From positions 30,690,001 to 30,754,000 of the forward strand of contig CP158635.1 in the NCBI GenBank assembly GCA_050273025.1: a stretch of DNA of 64,000 nt, given 5' to 3'. Below are positions 51,801 through 64,000 of the stretch, one piece after another. The notes under the pieces were generated by a model that made no database searches, had not been told where the DNA came from, and was given only the letters and a program-made list of their open reading frames with translations. The DNA is from Cenococcum geophilum (lineage: Eukaryota). Every line of letters starts with the position of its first letter. The first letter of the stretch is position 1. A program made the translations under genes and the position numbers.

Positions 51801-54800
51801 TATATCTATTTTTACAACCGTTTCTAGTCTTAGTTAATAGATCTTAAGAACTAGCTCCTAGGTAAATAACTCTTTAACTTTTCTAAAGAGTCTTTTTTAT
51901 TCCTCTCCCTATACCTATAGTTCTTCTTTCTTTGTTAACTCCGTAAATAGTTTAATATCCTTTAACTATTGCGCTATAAACCTCCTACAGTAATTATAAA
52001 ACCCTAGAAATAATCTTAACTGTATAATATTCTCTAATTCTTACTAATTTATTATAGCCTTAATCTTTTTTAAATCTATACTAAGTTAGCCTAGTTTAAT
52101 AATAAATCTAATAAAATTGGTCTTCCTAGTAAAGAACTCGTATTTCTTAATTACTACTAGCATCTATTCTTTTTATAGTCTCTTTAAGACCTATTTAACG
52201 TGTTCTCTGTGTTTTTCCTTAGTTATAGAGTAAATAATAATATTATTAAGATATACCATAACAAATTTATCTAAGTGTTCCCCTAATATATTATTAATAT
52301 ACTTCTAGAATATTGCTAGTACGTTTATAAGCCTAAATTATATAACTAATAGCTTATATAGTCCTTCCTTTAACCTAAATACTACCTTTTATTTGTTGCC
52401 TTCCTTAATCCTAATCTAATAGTACGCCTATCTTAGATCTATTTTCGTAAAGATTTGCGTATTACCTATCCTATCCTAGATTTCGCTAATTAAGGGTAAA
52501 GGATACTTATCCTTTCTAGCAATACTATTTAACTATCTATAGTTAATATATAGCCTTAGTTTGCCATTTTTTTTAGTACGAATAGTACTAGATAACCCGC
52601 TAATAACTATAATAGTCTAATATATCCTTTTCATAAGTTTTCTTAGATAAACTCTTTTAGTGCTTTATTTTCTTCTTTGGTAAGCTTATAGATTAGAAAA
52701 AACCTTAAACTTATTCCTAGTTCTAATTCTATCTTATAATCCTATACTATATACTCTACCAGTTTTTTACTTTCTAGTAACTATAGTTTCTTACTATACT
52801 TATAGTATCTCTTTAGTATATAACTTAAGCTCTGCTTAGTCTCTTTATATATTACTCTAACTTAGTACTATACTAACTTGGCTTATTATTGCGTTTTACG
52901 TTATTAAGTATCCTTAATATTAACTTAACCTATAACCCAATTAATCTTTAGATTATATTTCTATAACTAAGGTATTCCTAGTACTACCTTATTATTCCCT
53001 AATAGTAATATATTAAAAGACATCTTAATTTATCTTCCTTTAATAGTTAACTAAATTGGTCCTATTTTAAGATTAATAATACCTCCTTTATAGGCTATTA
53101 GATCTCCTAAAATTATTACTAATAGGTAAAGATGCTCCTTTTTCCTGTATAGTAATCCCATTCTTTTAACTATTACTAGTAAGATATAGTTTCTTATTAC
53201 TCTACTATCTATTAATACTTTAAACTGCTAATCTTACTATTTAACTCGTAAATTTAGGTATTGTCCTTAAATTTCTTTAAGGGTTTAAGGCTTTACTACT
53301 AGTTCCCTCTAGTTCTATAGGCCTCTACTTTTCCTAACTATTAGCTACTTAATCTTATTTATACTTAGTCCACTTTTAGCTAATACTTAGTTTGTTTTTT
53401 ATCTTTAATATACTATAGATACGTGTTCTCTGGGTATTTTTACTACTATTATCTATCTAGGCATTCTTTCGTAAAGAATCTTCTTAGCTAAAGTATTAAG
53501 TCCCCTAACTCTTAAACTTTTACTAGATGCTAGCTATGCATATACTTAGCGTTTTAATACTTCTATTCTTCTACTAGCTAATATATTCTTATAGGGTATT
53601 TTTAATACTTATCCTTTAGTGCTCTGTATATATTATACGTATTATCTACGTATATAATTTACGTTAACGTATAATATGCTTAGTATTTTAGGTTAACTCT
53701 TAGCTCGTCTTTATTCTTAAGTTTAAACCTCTATTATATTAATCTAAACGTTATAACTTTATTTATAGGTACTAAGATACGCCTTTTACTTCTCTAGTCC
53801 TCTAAACGCCCCTTTAGATCTCTTAATATTATAATTAAGGCTCCCTTAATATAACTTATCGTCTTTTCTGTAATTAGGTGGTCTTAGATAACTTTCTCGT
53901 CTAACTATATATAAAAATCTTCCCACTTATCGTTATACCTTTACCTATACCACTTTTAGTACAGCTGCTAGAGTGTATATGGCTTGTCCGTAAGGAAGTA
54001 TCTTCTTATTATTACATCGTAACAGCCTTTATTGTGTCGTTCCTTAAACCTAGTTAAAATCCCTAAATCCTCTTCTTATTCCAGTTTAGTAAGCCACTTA
54101 GCTCTTAGTATACCTACTTTAGGCCTATTAGTAATTCTTTATATAAGTGCTCTATCCTTTATATAGCCTAATATACTAAATCTCTTATCTAGTTTCTGTT
54201 CTTACTATAAGGTAATTCTTGCTTTAAATTCCTCTATAGTTTCTTTCTTTTCGCGTCTTATGAGTAGATTTTTAAAGTCTTCTTACTTCCTAATTTTAGT
54301 ATTAACTTTTTAATCTTTAGGCTGAACACTACGTTCCCCTAGTAAGTCCTCTAGGTCTATATACCTGTCTCCTAGTCTAATTACTATTTATACCGCAAAT
54401 TCTCTAATCTCGTTAATGGTCCTTATTTATATCTTAAAGTCTTAGTTCTATAGGATTCTTAATCCTAAGCTCGCTTCTAACTTAAGCTTTACTTTAGCTT
54501 TAGTCTAACTAGGCTTACTTAGTGTTTTTACCTTATTTTAAGAGTCTTAAATCTTACTTATCTTATCTTAAGAATCTTATACCTATAGGAAACTCTATCC
54601 TAAGCTTATTTGTATGCCCTTAAACTAAGCTACTACCCTACTCCATCGGTTTCTGTCTATTATAGGTCCTTAGGTTTACCTTATCTTATCTTAAAAATCT
54701 TAGTTATCTCTTATCTTATTATAAGAATCTTAAGCCTTTAGCTTCTTGCCTTTATTAAGTACTAAAGTAGTTCGCTATCTTACTTCTCTTACGTTTTGTG

Positions 54801-56731
54801 AAGTAATAGATATCATATCTAGTGGGGTCTTAATCCCTACTAATATTCCCTATTCTATAGTGGAATTATCCTCTACCTCTTTTATAATATCTTTAAGGTT
54901 TATATACTTCTAGTAAGCTACTTTTATTACCTTATTATTATAGAATATTTTACCTACGTTAAATTTATCGTCCTTAATATCCGATCTATAAACTGGTTTA
55001 TTAGTTCCCTTATACTCCGCTAAATATAGCTCTTATGGCCAATAGCTTACGCCGTACTTAGCGTTTTTATAAATTTAGCATATATTATTATAATAAAACG
55101 CAAAACTTCTATTTAAACACTCTTTTGTTCCTTATAGTATACTATTATTCCTCTATATATATATGTCTTCTGCTAGTCTAGTTCCCTTTATTATATAGTA
55201 ACTCTAACCATCTTTATAATCCCTTATAAAGTAACCTTATTTTCTATAATTTATATAAGCTCCATCTTTAAACTATTAACTTTACTATAGAGTCCGCCTA
55301 AACGTCTTCTGCTACTAAGATCCCTAGTTTAGCCTTTACTCCTTAGTCCTATAATTACTAAATCCTTAACCTCTAGATTTCTATAGTTTCTTACTCTATC
55401 TCTTATAGGCTTCTTTAGTACTACTTAGGTCTATTAGCTTTGTACTATACTATAGTTTCTAATTTAGCTTTGGTTGTTACGTACTCTACGCCTTATATAA
55501 CTATAAAACTCTATCCTAGCCTCTCTTAGCCTGTTCCCTTTAGTAAATCCTATTATTAATCTTAATTACTTAATCTATTAATTTTCTTAGGGTATCTGTA
55601 TCTTCCATTAGAATAATTACGTCCTAGACTTTAGCCTTAAGTCTTTATTTATACTATGCCATAAGCGCCCTATTATTCTACTCTACTTATATTACTAACG
55701 TTTAAAACTACATAGTGTACTTAATTGCTAAAGTGTGTTACGTAATATTTTAAAGTTTCCTTTCTACTATAGTTATTTCTTCTAAATCCCCAAATATCTA
55801 TATAAGTTATTTTGTAAATCCTTTCTAACTTAAGAATATAAATCGCACCTCTTAATTAGTGGTTATTATTCCGTTCGCCTGTATTTCCGTAAGGTAAGGC
55901 TTAAACTACTTAAGTGCTTTTCCTAACAGGAATAGTCCTACATAGGCTATTTAATCCATAGGTATTAGTAGCTTAGCTCCCTTTTACGCAACTTTAAAGT
56001 ACATCTACGTAAGAAATCCTTTAAGTTTTAACTTTTTACCTAAGTACCTTTTAATAGATAGTAGTTTAATCTTTACTGCCCTTATCCCATTAACCCTTTC
56101 TTCCAATACTTAATTGTTTATTGTTAACTAGTTAACTATCTCTTGTAGTTATCTAACCGTTACTAGTTATTAAAAGTCAGTGTCTATTATACTAGTGTCC
56201 CCTCCTAACCTTAAAGTAGTTGCCGCCGCTAATAGCGTTATAGTGGCTGCTTTTAATGGCATATTATTTAACTTTCTGCACTTATTACTATAACTAGGTA
56301 GTAATTATATAACGGAACCTTGTAGCAGGTACTACGGTAGGCTCGTTAATGGGCTAGGTATATAGGTAAAGTAAGTTAAAGTTAATAATATAATAATAAC
56401 TGGTAAAGTGGTTGCCTAATAGATTAACTCTAATTATATTCTAAGAATCACTATAAGGAAGGAACTATCTAGGTAGGGACTGTGGTTCTTTAAATATACA
56501 ACCGTACTCCTATAAAATCCTTCTTGTATATAATATACGTATACTCTATCTACTCTATTACAGATTATGCAGATCCCATAGATTATACAGATCGCCTTAC
56601 GTAACCTTAGTTACTATTCCTCGTTATATAGTTCTACCGGTTCTATTCTGGACCGTGCCTAAATTAACTAACTAGCTTCTTCTAACTCTTCTCCTAGTAG
56701 TTGTAAGATTGTACTTAAAGCGTCTGTAATA
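48806..56731 (-). mobile_element. Full-length Gypsy chromovirus family A copy A3
   Basis: 424-bp LTRs at 48806-49229 and 56308-56731. TSD CTTCT at 48801-48805 and 56732-56736. PPT at 49230-49255, gag ATG at 56262, then RT, RNaseH, integrase and chromodomain (YKVKWIGY ~50000-50110). Confidence 0.96.
49338..50010 (+). pseudogene. Antisense accessory gene of family A, six-Cys zinc-cluster-like domain plus coiled-coil, intron 49567-49621
   Basis: PYSYCVKEGLVYITLANLSLQQLSSYLEYTRANIYLFCNV becomes C-x2-C-x6-C-x13-C-x2-C-x8-C after TAT->TGT reversal. Splicing gives an in-frame W followed by QEAANAQQRAL...LIRLKKV...LIE*GL*EL. The end is approximate. Confidence 0.7.
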
Positions 56732-59019
56732 CTTCTACTAATGTTTTAGCTAGTACCTAGTCTATAGCTAATAAGGGTCTAAATATACCTAGTAATATAC
56801 TATTTCTAATTGCTAAGCTATCCCCTTAAACTAATAGCGAAGCTATAAAGCAATTAGAACTCGGAGCCCTATAATAACTAAAGAACTTTAATTTTATAGC
56901 GGCCTTCCTAATATACGCGTATTAAAGAGTTATAAAATCTATAGTACTATCTAGTTTTATACTTAAAGCAGTATAGAATAAAATAGCTTTTACCTAGAAA
57001 CTATTTAAAAGGTTAACGGATTTTATCTATAAGGTGTAATAGAGGGATACTTTCTATATAAACCTTAATGCGGAAGTAAACCGGAAACGTAATAGAAAGG
57101 AAGCTACTAGGCGCTACTATTAGGAACTAAACCTAATGGGCCTACTGTATAGAGGTAGTAAGGTTTAGGCGCTATAAGAAGTAAATCTATAATAGAAGAT
57201 TCTTATAAAGAATTATAATAATCCTTTAGGCGGCCACTATAGTTAAGTAAAAACAGTGGAATTACTTTAGCGTAAATACTATTAGCTAAGGCTTAATTAT
57301 GAAGTAAAGGAGTATATTAGCTATTGCGAGAAGTGTTAAGTATATAAGATCCGCAGGTATAAGCTATAGTGTCTACTTAAATTAGTTCCCCCCGCTAGTA
57401 AGCTATAGTAATATTATGCTATAGACTTTATTACGGATCTTCCGCTATCTAAAGATAGCTAAGGACGAATATATAATTTGGTTCTTATACTTATTAATAG
57501 GTTTTTAAAGTACGTCTAATACCTTCCTATTAATAAAATAATTAATATATAAGAGCTTACGAACCTAATTAAGGAGAAATGCTTTCTTAAAGTAGATTAG
57601 CTATACTCTATTATTACTAATAGGGGCAGCGTCTTTATAAGCTAATACTGGTCGGATCTATGCTTTTATTTAAAGATAGACTACTATTATAGTATAGCTT
57701 TCTATTTATAAATGGATAGGTAAATAACACGCTAGAACTAGGAACTGGAGTCTTACTTATAAATATATTTAAACTACTAGTAAGATAACTAGTATAAGCT
57801 ACTTCCGTATATAGAGTATGCTTATAATTTAAAGTAATATATATTGTATAAGTATGCACTAATCTAGATTACCTATAGCGTTTAACTATTTGGGTTTAAT
57901 GGTATACCTAATAATTACTGGCTAAGGCCGTATAATTAGTTATAGGATCCTACTGGGAAGTTTAAGAATATCTACTAGAGAGTATAAGGATACCTCTAGG
58001 AATAGGAGGAGTAATAAAAGTATGTAAAGTAGAGCCTATAAGATGCCTAAGAGTAGTAGAGACTTTGGTATAACCGCAAGCACTAAAATAAGTATTTTAG
58101 AGTAGGCGATAAGGTTTTATTACGGTTAACAAATATTAAAACCTATTAACTATTAAAGAAGCTTAATATAAAATACCTAGGTCCCTTTTAAGTTAAGGAA
58201 TAAATTAGCAAGCTAGCTTATTATCTTTGGCTACCCCTATCTATAGCCTATATATATTTAGTATTTTATATAAACCTACTAGAGCTATAGTATAGACTAC
58301 CGCTAGAAAAGAACTTCCGTCTAGGCCTAATTAAATACCCTAAGGTAGTAGGCGAGCGGTATAAGGTTAAAGCTATACTATGCTATAAGTCTATTAAGAA
58401 TAAGCTTTAATTTAAAGTTAAATAGCTAGGCTAGCCCGCTAAAAACTCTATATAGGAACTAGAGGATTACCTTAATTATTATAAAGATATTCTAAAAGAA
58501 TATTAGGACCAAGGTCTATAATCTATAAGTTATAGAAAGCGCTCTAATACTATAGTGTTATCGCGACCTATAAAGAAAGCTCGTAAAAAGAGTAAATAGA
58601 TTAAATTAGATATGGAATAAATAGGCTCTAGAAACTATAGGGATAGGGCTACAGCCTAAAGTAGGATAGGTTCTTAGCCTTTTTACGTATATAGCATAGA
58701 GCTAATAGGGCATTTTACTAGAATTGCATTCCTATTTATTTATTTATATTAGGAATATTGTTTTTAGGGCTCCTAGGCCCTTCCTAAAAGCCTTTTAAGG
58801 CCTTTCTAAGCACCTAATTAAGGTCTTTAATTACTACTATATATAAAAATAAATTCCAAATACCTAATCCGAAAAGCTACTATGCCTTATCCTTAGGAGT
58901 AGGATTAGTATCTATTGGGCTACTAAGTAATGGCTAATAAGAATGGGATTTAGACCCCTTAGTAGGGGTATAAGTAGGTATAAAAACAGGGGGAGGATAA
59001 TAAGGTGTAAATAAAGCAG

Positions 59020-59828
59020 AGACTCTTAAACGCTTAATACTAATATTAGGTCTAAACTAATACTAATAAAGCTCTTGCGGCGTAAGCTTATAGTTAATAA
59101 AGATACGCTTAAGCCTAGAATAAATAGAGACGTTAACTAGCTAGTATAATCTAGAACCACCAAGACCTTACTATAGTAACTATTAGTTACCTATCCGCTA
59201 GGTACCCGAAGGGTAACCTACCTAATACTATATTATATTATACTTTTTTAAAACTTAACGCGTATACGCAAACTTCTTCCTATAGTAGACGGCAACCTTC
59301 TTTTTATTACCCCTATTCCGCACCCTATCCTTAGTATATTAACCTTACTCTTATATTAAGCGTTACTAGCTAGCTTACTAAGAATTATAGGCAGTATAAA
59401 TGGCTATGGTATAGTTTTAAATACAACCTAAATGTTTAGCATTAGCGCTTAAATAGGAGAGAGCCCGGGTAATATAGTAGTTAAAGATATTAAAGAAACG
59501 TTGCCACTTAGGCCTAGGCTATTAAAGTTAGTAATAGAAATCTATTAAGGATAGAGAAGCTTACCTTAACGTAACTACCGCTTTTAGTATATATGCATTA
59601 ATTATAAGAACTAAAGGTATTAGATTTAACGCAGTGCGTCTTATTATAAGCCTTTAGAATCCTATTATTAGATTTCTAGTCTTTTAAAGATATATAAGCA
59701 AAATTATTTAAGTAGGACTAGTACTAGTTATAAATTAGCGGAGGTTAGGGTTCTATATATAAAGGTAGGGCTAGAATACACTATAGAATCTACTTAAAAG
59801 AGCAGTTAGTAGGAGAATAAAAAGGTAT
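59020..59828 (-). pseudogene. Antisense accessory gene in the 3' region of family B, Cys-rich N-terminus, intron 59519-59564
   Basis: Canonical intron GTAAGC...ACTAAC...TAG. The reading frame has only RIP-type stops on both sides. THCVKSNTFSSYN*CIYTKSGSYVK lies just before the intron. Start inferred from ATA and the end is approximate. Confidence 0.6.
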
Positions 59829-60878
59829 ATTAAATTATTAATATAAAAAGAGAAAATCTTAATAATATATTAAAGATACGTCTAAATTGGACGAAGGTTA
59901 ATAATGGGAAAGTAAGGTATTAAGGAAAAGGAGCAGCTTAATAAGCAAAGGTGTCCTTACACTTTACCGTCTAATACCCTTTTAGTAAATAGCCGTAACC
60001 TTACTAATATAACTCTATTATAATAGCGCTATTTAAAAAAAAGGAAACACGCGTATAAGTTATTTAACTATTACTTTCTTATAAAAACTAGCTACACGGC
60101 TAGGGGAAGGCAATTAAAACGTTAAATTAAAGACGTATATAGGTTAAATTAGACCTAAAATAATACTATAGTATTAAAGAACAACGTTATAGACGTTCTT
60201 AACAATTGTATAATAGCTATAATTACTATTACGAAATATCCCTATTTACTAGGTAATAGAGCTACGCCAAATATATGGTATAGGACTACTAGATTTAAAA
60301 GCATATATACTAAATCTTAAGAGATAAGTCTCTTTAACTAATTAATTAATACCTTAACCGCATTTAATAGCCTAAGGGTAAATATAGGAGCAATATATTA
60401 GTGACGTAGAGGATTATAAGAAAAGGATTATAAGAAAGAATTATAGACTATATCTTAGTAGTTAAGGATAACGATAAGCTAAGGCTCTATATATTAAATC
60501 CTATACTAAAAGGTTTTACGGAACTATACTAGAATACTAAATTGCCTATAATACTCGTAATTAATTACAGACTGGCATAAAGGCTTAGAAGTAGAGTTGC
60601 ATAAAAATCCCTATATTAGCCTAGGTAGTCACTAGTATACTTTTAGTAGGCTTCTAATAGGTCTCCTAGTAATCCTCGCGTTTTTTCTTTAGTTATATTT
60701 TTTCCTTATTAAGGTTTTTTAGGAGTTTAAAGCAGGGGTTAGATAGATAGATAATATATAGCGGTATACTAATACCTCTCTAATATCTCTCCGAACCCCT
60801 TCTGGGACGAGCCCTTATAATCTCCCTACCGTAAGGTAATAGCGATTAGGGGCCGACCGTAAAAAGGGGGGGGGGTAA

Positions 60879-61095
60879 TATAAGGGATATTATTGCGGAT
60901 ACCTTAGGTTGCCCTTAGGATAACCCCTAAACGCCCCTTAGATAGTCGCTAGTTATATACTAGAGGCACGTGCCTATAGTATATAGTCTCTACAATCCTA
61001 GAGGCCTTACCTCCTTAAGGATTTGTCTCTCTTACCAATCTATTTTATTCTACAATTGTGTCCTTATAGCCCCCTATCTATAAAATCCCCTTATA
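60879..61095 (+). repeat. 3' LTR of B1
   Basis: Direct repeat of 27621-27837, preceded by the PPT. Confidence 0.95.
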
Positions 61096-61200
61096 TTAAT
61101 ACTATAATTAAGAAATAAAAGAACTTTAAAAATCTACTTATAAGATATAAACAGAAAAAAACCATAAAAGAATTTAGGTAAGAAATTATTATATAGTAAA

Positions 61201-62955
61201 TAATTAGACGGTAAGCCTACATTAGGAAATAGAGGCTCCCCGTTTAGGTAATCTGCGCCTCGCTTACGACTTTTACGCTATACCCTAACTAGTAATTATC
61301 CTTAACAACTAACCATAAAAGGCCCTCCCTTTGCCGTCTTTTATCCTCTATCCTTTTTAACTTTTTCTCTCTACTCTCTTACCCTTCCCCCCTCGCTCTT
61401 CTTCCGTCTGTCCTAGCTGCCCCCTTTATTACGCCCCAATCATCTATTATAAGGCTTTTTTTTTCTTTTAAACTCCGCCGTAATATATATACTATCCCTA
61501 ACTCTACTTTCGTTAATATATTCCTCCCTATCGTCTTAATTTTATATAGACTGTGCCGTTTACTTCTAGGCACCCTAAGCCGCTACTAAAGAAGCCGCTT
61601 CTAGACTTGTCCCTATAAGTAGTTTATAGACGCCTCTCCTTCTTTCTTATACTCTCTCTATCCTTTTCTTATTAACTTTTACTCTCTCCTTTTAGGCGAG
61701 TTACAGCTGTGGTTAAAGTGGCGATACCTCCTACTGGTTATATAGTTAACGCTAGCCTATATGTTTAGGAACTTATTCTCTACCCTAGGGTTACTAATAG
61801 TATTTACTGCGCACTACCTAATATATATTTTAGCTAAAGAATGTATAGCGCTTATGCTATTATCTTAGCTCTAATTACCTTGCATTACACTCTTTAACTT
61901 TAGCCCTTTAGTAGAATACGCTAGCTAATCCACGCTTTGTTATCCGTGTCCCGCTAAGGCTAAATCCCTTAGTAATAACGTGGTAAGTTATTAGCATAAG
62001 GCATTAATTTCGTTCTTATAACCTTTATATTGCTATTATAGCCCCTATAGGATGCTACGCCTCGTATAAAGTGTCTAGCGTAGTTATAATGTTATAATAT
62101 AACTAGCAGGGAGCTAGTACCTAGAAGTTAGCTAATAATAGCTTAGTAATAGCGTTAGGCGCGCTATAAAACGTAAATAAATCCCTCTAAGCTAACTATC
62201 TAACTGGCGTAAGGCAATGCCTGTCGAGAATTGGTTATTAATATGTTATTTAATATAGCCTTGTCCTACGTAAGGGGTTAGCTAATAATTAAAGGATTAG
62301 CTAGCGATTGGCGGTTTTATTTAAAGCGATATAGATCCTTAATTAGCTAAAAGATATAGATAGTAGGTTATAATATAGACGGGTATACTAAGATGCGGAG
62401 AACGGTTTAGAGGGTTTCTTATAACACTTACTGGCTAATCGCTTAGGGAGCTATATATACTCTTATTATAATAGAGCCTCTGCGGCGCTTATAAGTATAA
62501 TATATAATTATCTTAGAGACGTTAAGGGCGATAGGACTTTAAGCTAGTCCTTACTCCTCCTAATATAGGTAGCTCCCTTTTACTACCCCCTATAACTAAG
62601 CTTCTATACTAGGATGCGGCATTTATATAGGTTCCTTACAATCCTACCTTAGGCGGCGTTATTAGCAGCAGTATATAAAATAACACTCTTTAGCTTAGAG
62701 AGGTAGCTATTTATTTTAACTTCCGGACTAGCTCCTATCCTTATAACTAGAGAAGCTAGCAGATCTCAGCACTAGAATGGTCTCCTCTTTTAGCACTCTT
62801 TTACTTACTCCTTTACTTCCTCCTATAAAATATATTCCTTATATTCCTCTAATACTTAAGCCTAAGACGAAATCTAAGGCTAAGCCTAAGGCGAAGCCTA
62901 AAATAACGGAGCCTAACCTTAGTAAAGCTGGCTCCCTTAAATGTAATAGAGAGTA
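61201..62955. other. Unidentified RIP-mutated sequence interrupting A2, possibly a minus-strand gene remnant in another element
   Basis: No match to other repeats in the window. TpA-rich, with a GCTAAC..TAG splice-like signal on the minus strand near 62120-62132. Confidence 0.35.
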
Positions 62956-64000
62956 TATTACGGACGCTTTGAGTACAATATTACCACTACTTAAAAGAGA
63001 GTCGGAAGAAGCTAGTTAGTTAATTTAAGTACGGTCTAAGATGGAGCCAATAGAGCTATATGACGAGGAATGGTAACTAAGGTCATATAATATAATCTAT
63101 ATAATCTATAGGATCTATATAATCCGCGACAGAGCAGATAAAGTATACGTATATTATATATAAGGAGGATTTTATAGGAGTACGGTTGTGTATTTAAGGA
63201 CCCTTAGTCCCTACCTGGATAGTTCTTTCCTTATAGTAATTCTTAGAATATAATTGGAGTTAATTTATTAGGCAACCACCCCACCAGTTATTATTACATT
63301 ATTAACTTTAATTTGCGTTACCTATATACCTAGCCCATTAACGAGCCTACCGTAGTACTTCCTATAAGGTTCCGTTATATAATTACTACCAGGTTACGGT
63401 ACTAAATATAGAAAGTTAAATAATATGCCACTAAAAGTAGCCACTATAACGCTATTAACGGCGGCAACTACTTTAAGGTTAACTAATAACACTAGTATAG
63501 TAGATACTAACTTATAGCAACCTATAACGGTTAGACAGTTATAAGCAATAGTTAACTAACTAATGGAAAATAATATAGTACTAGAAAATAGAGTTAATGG
63601 AATAAGAGTAGTAAAGATTAAGTTACTATTAATTAAAAGATACTTAGGAGAAAGATTAAAGCTTAAAGAATTCCTTACGTAAATGTACTTTAAGGTTATG
63701 TAAGAGGGGGCTAAGTTACTAACACCTATAGACCAATCGTATATGCAGGACTATTCCTATTAGAAAGGGTACTTAAGTAGTTTAAGTTTTACCTTACGGA
63801 GATATAAGTAAACGGGATAATAACTACTAATTAGGAGGTACGATTTATATTTATAAGCTAAGAAGGGTTCGCGGAATAACTTATATAAATATTTAAAGAC
63901 CTAGAGGAGACAACTACGGCAGAAAGAAAACTTTAAAATATTATATAATAAACCTTAGCAATTAAGTATATAACGTAGTTCTAGACGCTAGCTATATAAG
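62956..64000 (+). mobile_element. Gypsy family A copy A4 (5' LTR 62956-63379 and start of gag), continuing beyond the window
   Basis: 424-bp LTR homologous to A3 LTRs. Gag ATG at 63425 (MPLKVATITLL). Confidence 0.93.

Larger units (their letters stand above)
27621..61095 (+). mobile_element. Full-length Gypsy chromovirus family B copy B1, expanded to 33.5 kb by nested insertions (own sequence 27621-31314, 47996-48805, 56737-61095)
   Basis: 217-bp LTRs at 27621-27837 and 60879-61095. TSD TTAAT at 27616-27620 and 61096-61100. PPT AAAAAG(11)TAA. Protease (YNSGAEINLI ~29720), RT (IYLDNILIY ~31080), RNaseH, integrase and chromodomain (~58355-58510). Confidence 0.95.
19998..61200 (+). mobile_element. 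Gypsy family A copy A2, split by nested insertions (own sequence 19998-22095, 27367-27620, 61096-~61200)
   Basis: 5' LTR at 19998-20419 (starts TGTTACA), followed by gag. The three pieces join into sequence collinear with the reverse complement of A1 2400-4849. Confidence 0.9.

Noticed and set aside
62777..63019. 80-aa Lys/Pro-rich ORF
   Set aside because: It crosses the A4 LTR junction at 62956, so it is a chimeric chance frame.
63211..63395. Self-priming pair in family A (ACCTGGATAGT versus ACTACCAGGT)
   Set aside because: It needs a bulge and is weaker than in D, F, B and E, so it is not claimed.

Overview
This window is AT-rich, repeat-only DNA from a filamentous ascomycete (Pezizomycotina inferred). 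It is pervasively mutated by repeat-induced point mutation (RIP): CpA/TpG is depleted, TpA is in excess, and Gln/Trp codons have become TAA/TAG. I see no intact protein-coding gene, and the supplied ORFs are either RIP-surviving fragments or spurious. The window resolves into a deep nest of transposons whose ends and target-site duplications (TSDs) are mostly readable. It holds five Ty3/Gypsy chromovirus families (A x4 copies, B x3, D, E, F), one GalEa-type Ty1/Copia element, and one full-length hAT DNA transposon (17-bp TIRs, 8-bp TSD). It also holds an unclassified ~1.77-kb non-autonomous element (CATCAGCA ends, TT duplication), several solo or truncated LTRs, and a small remnant of a host NLR-type N-terminal domain. 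The most interesting signal is that three unrelated elements (Gypsy A, Gypsy B, hAT) each carry a spliced, antisense, convergently oriented accessory gene encoding a Cys-rich, zinc-cluster-like protein downstream of their transposition genes. Four Gypsy families also show Tf1-style self-priming complementarity instead of a tRNA primer-binding site. Family letters are my own labels. Protein reconstructions rely on manual reversal of RIP transitions and are inference.
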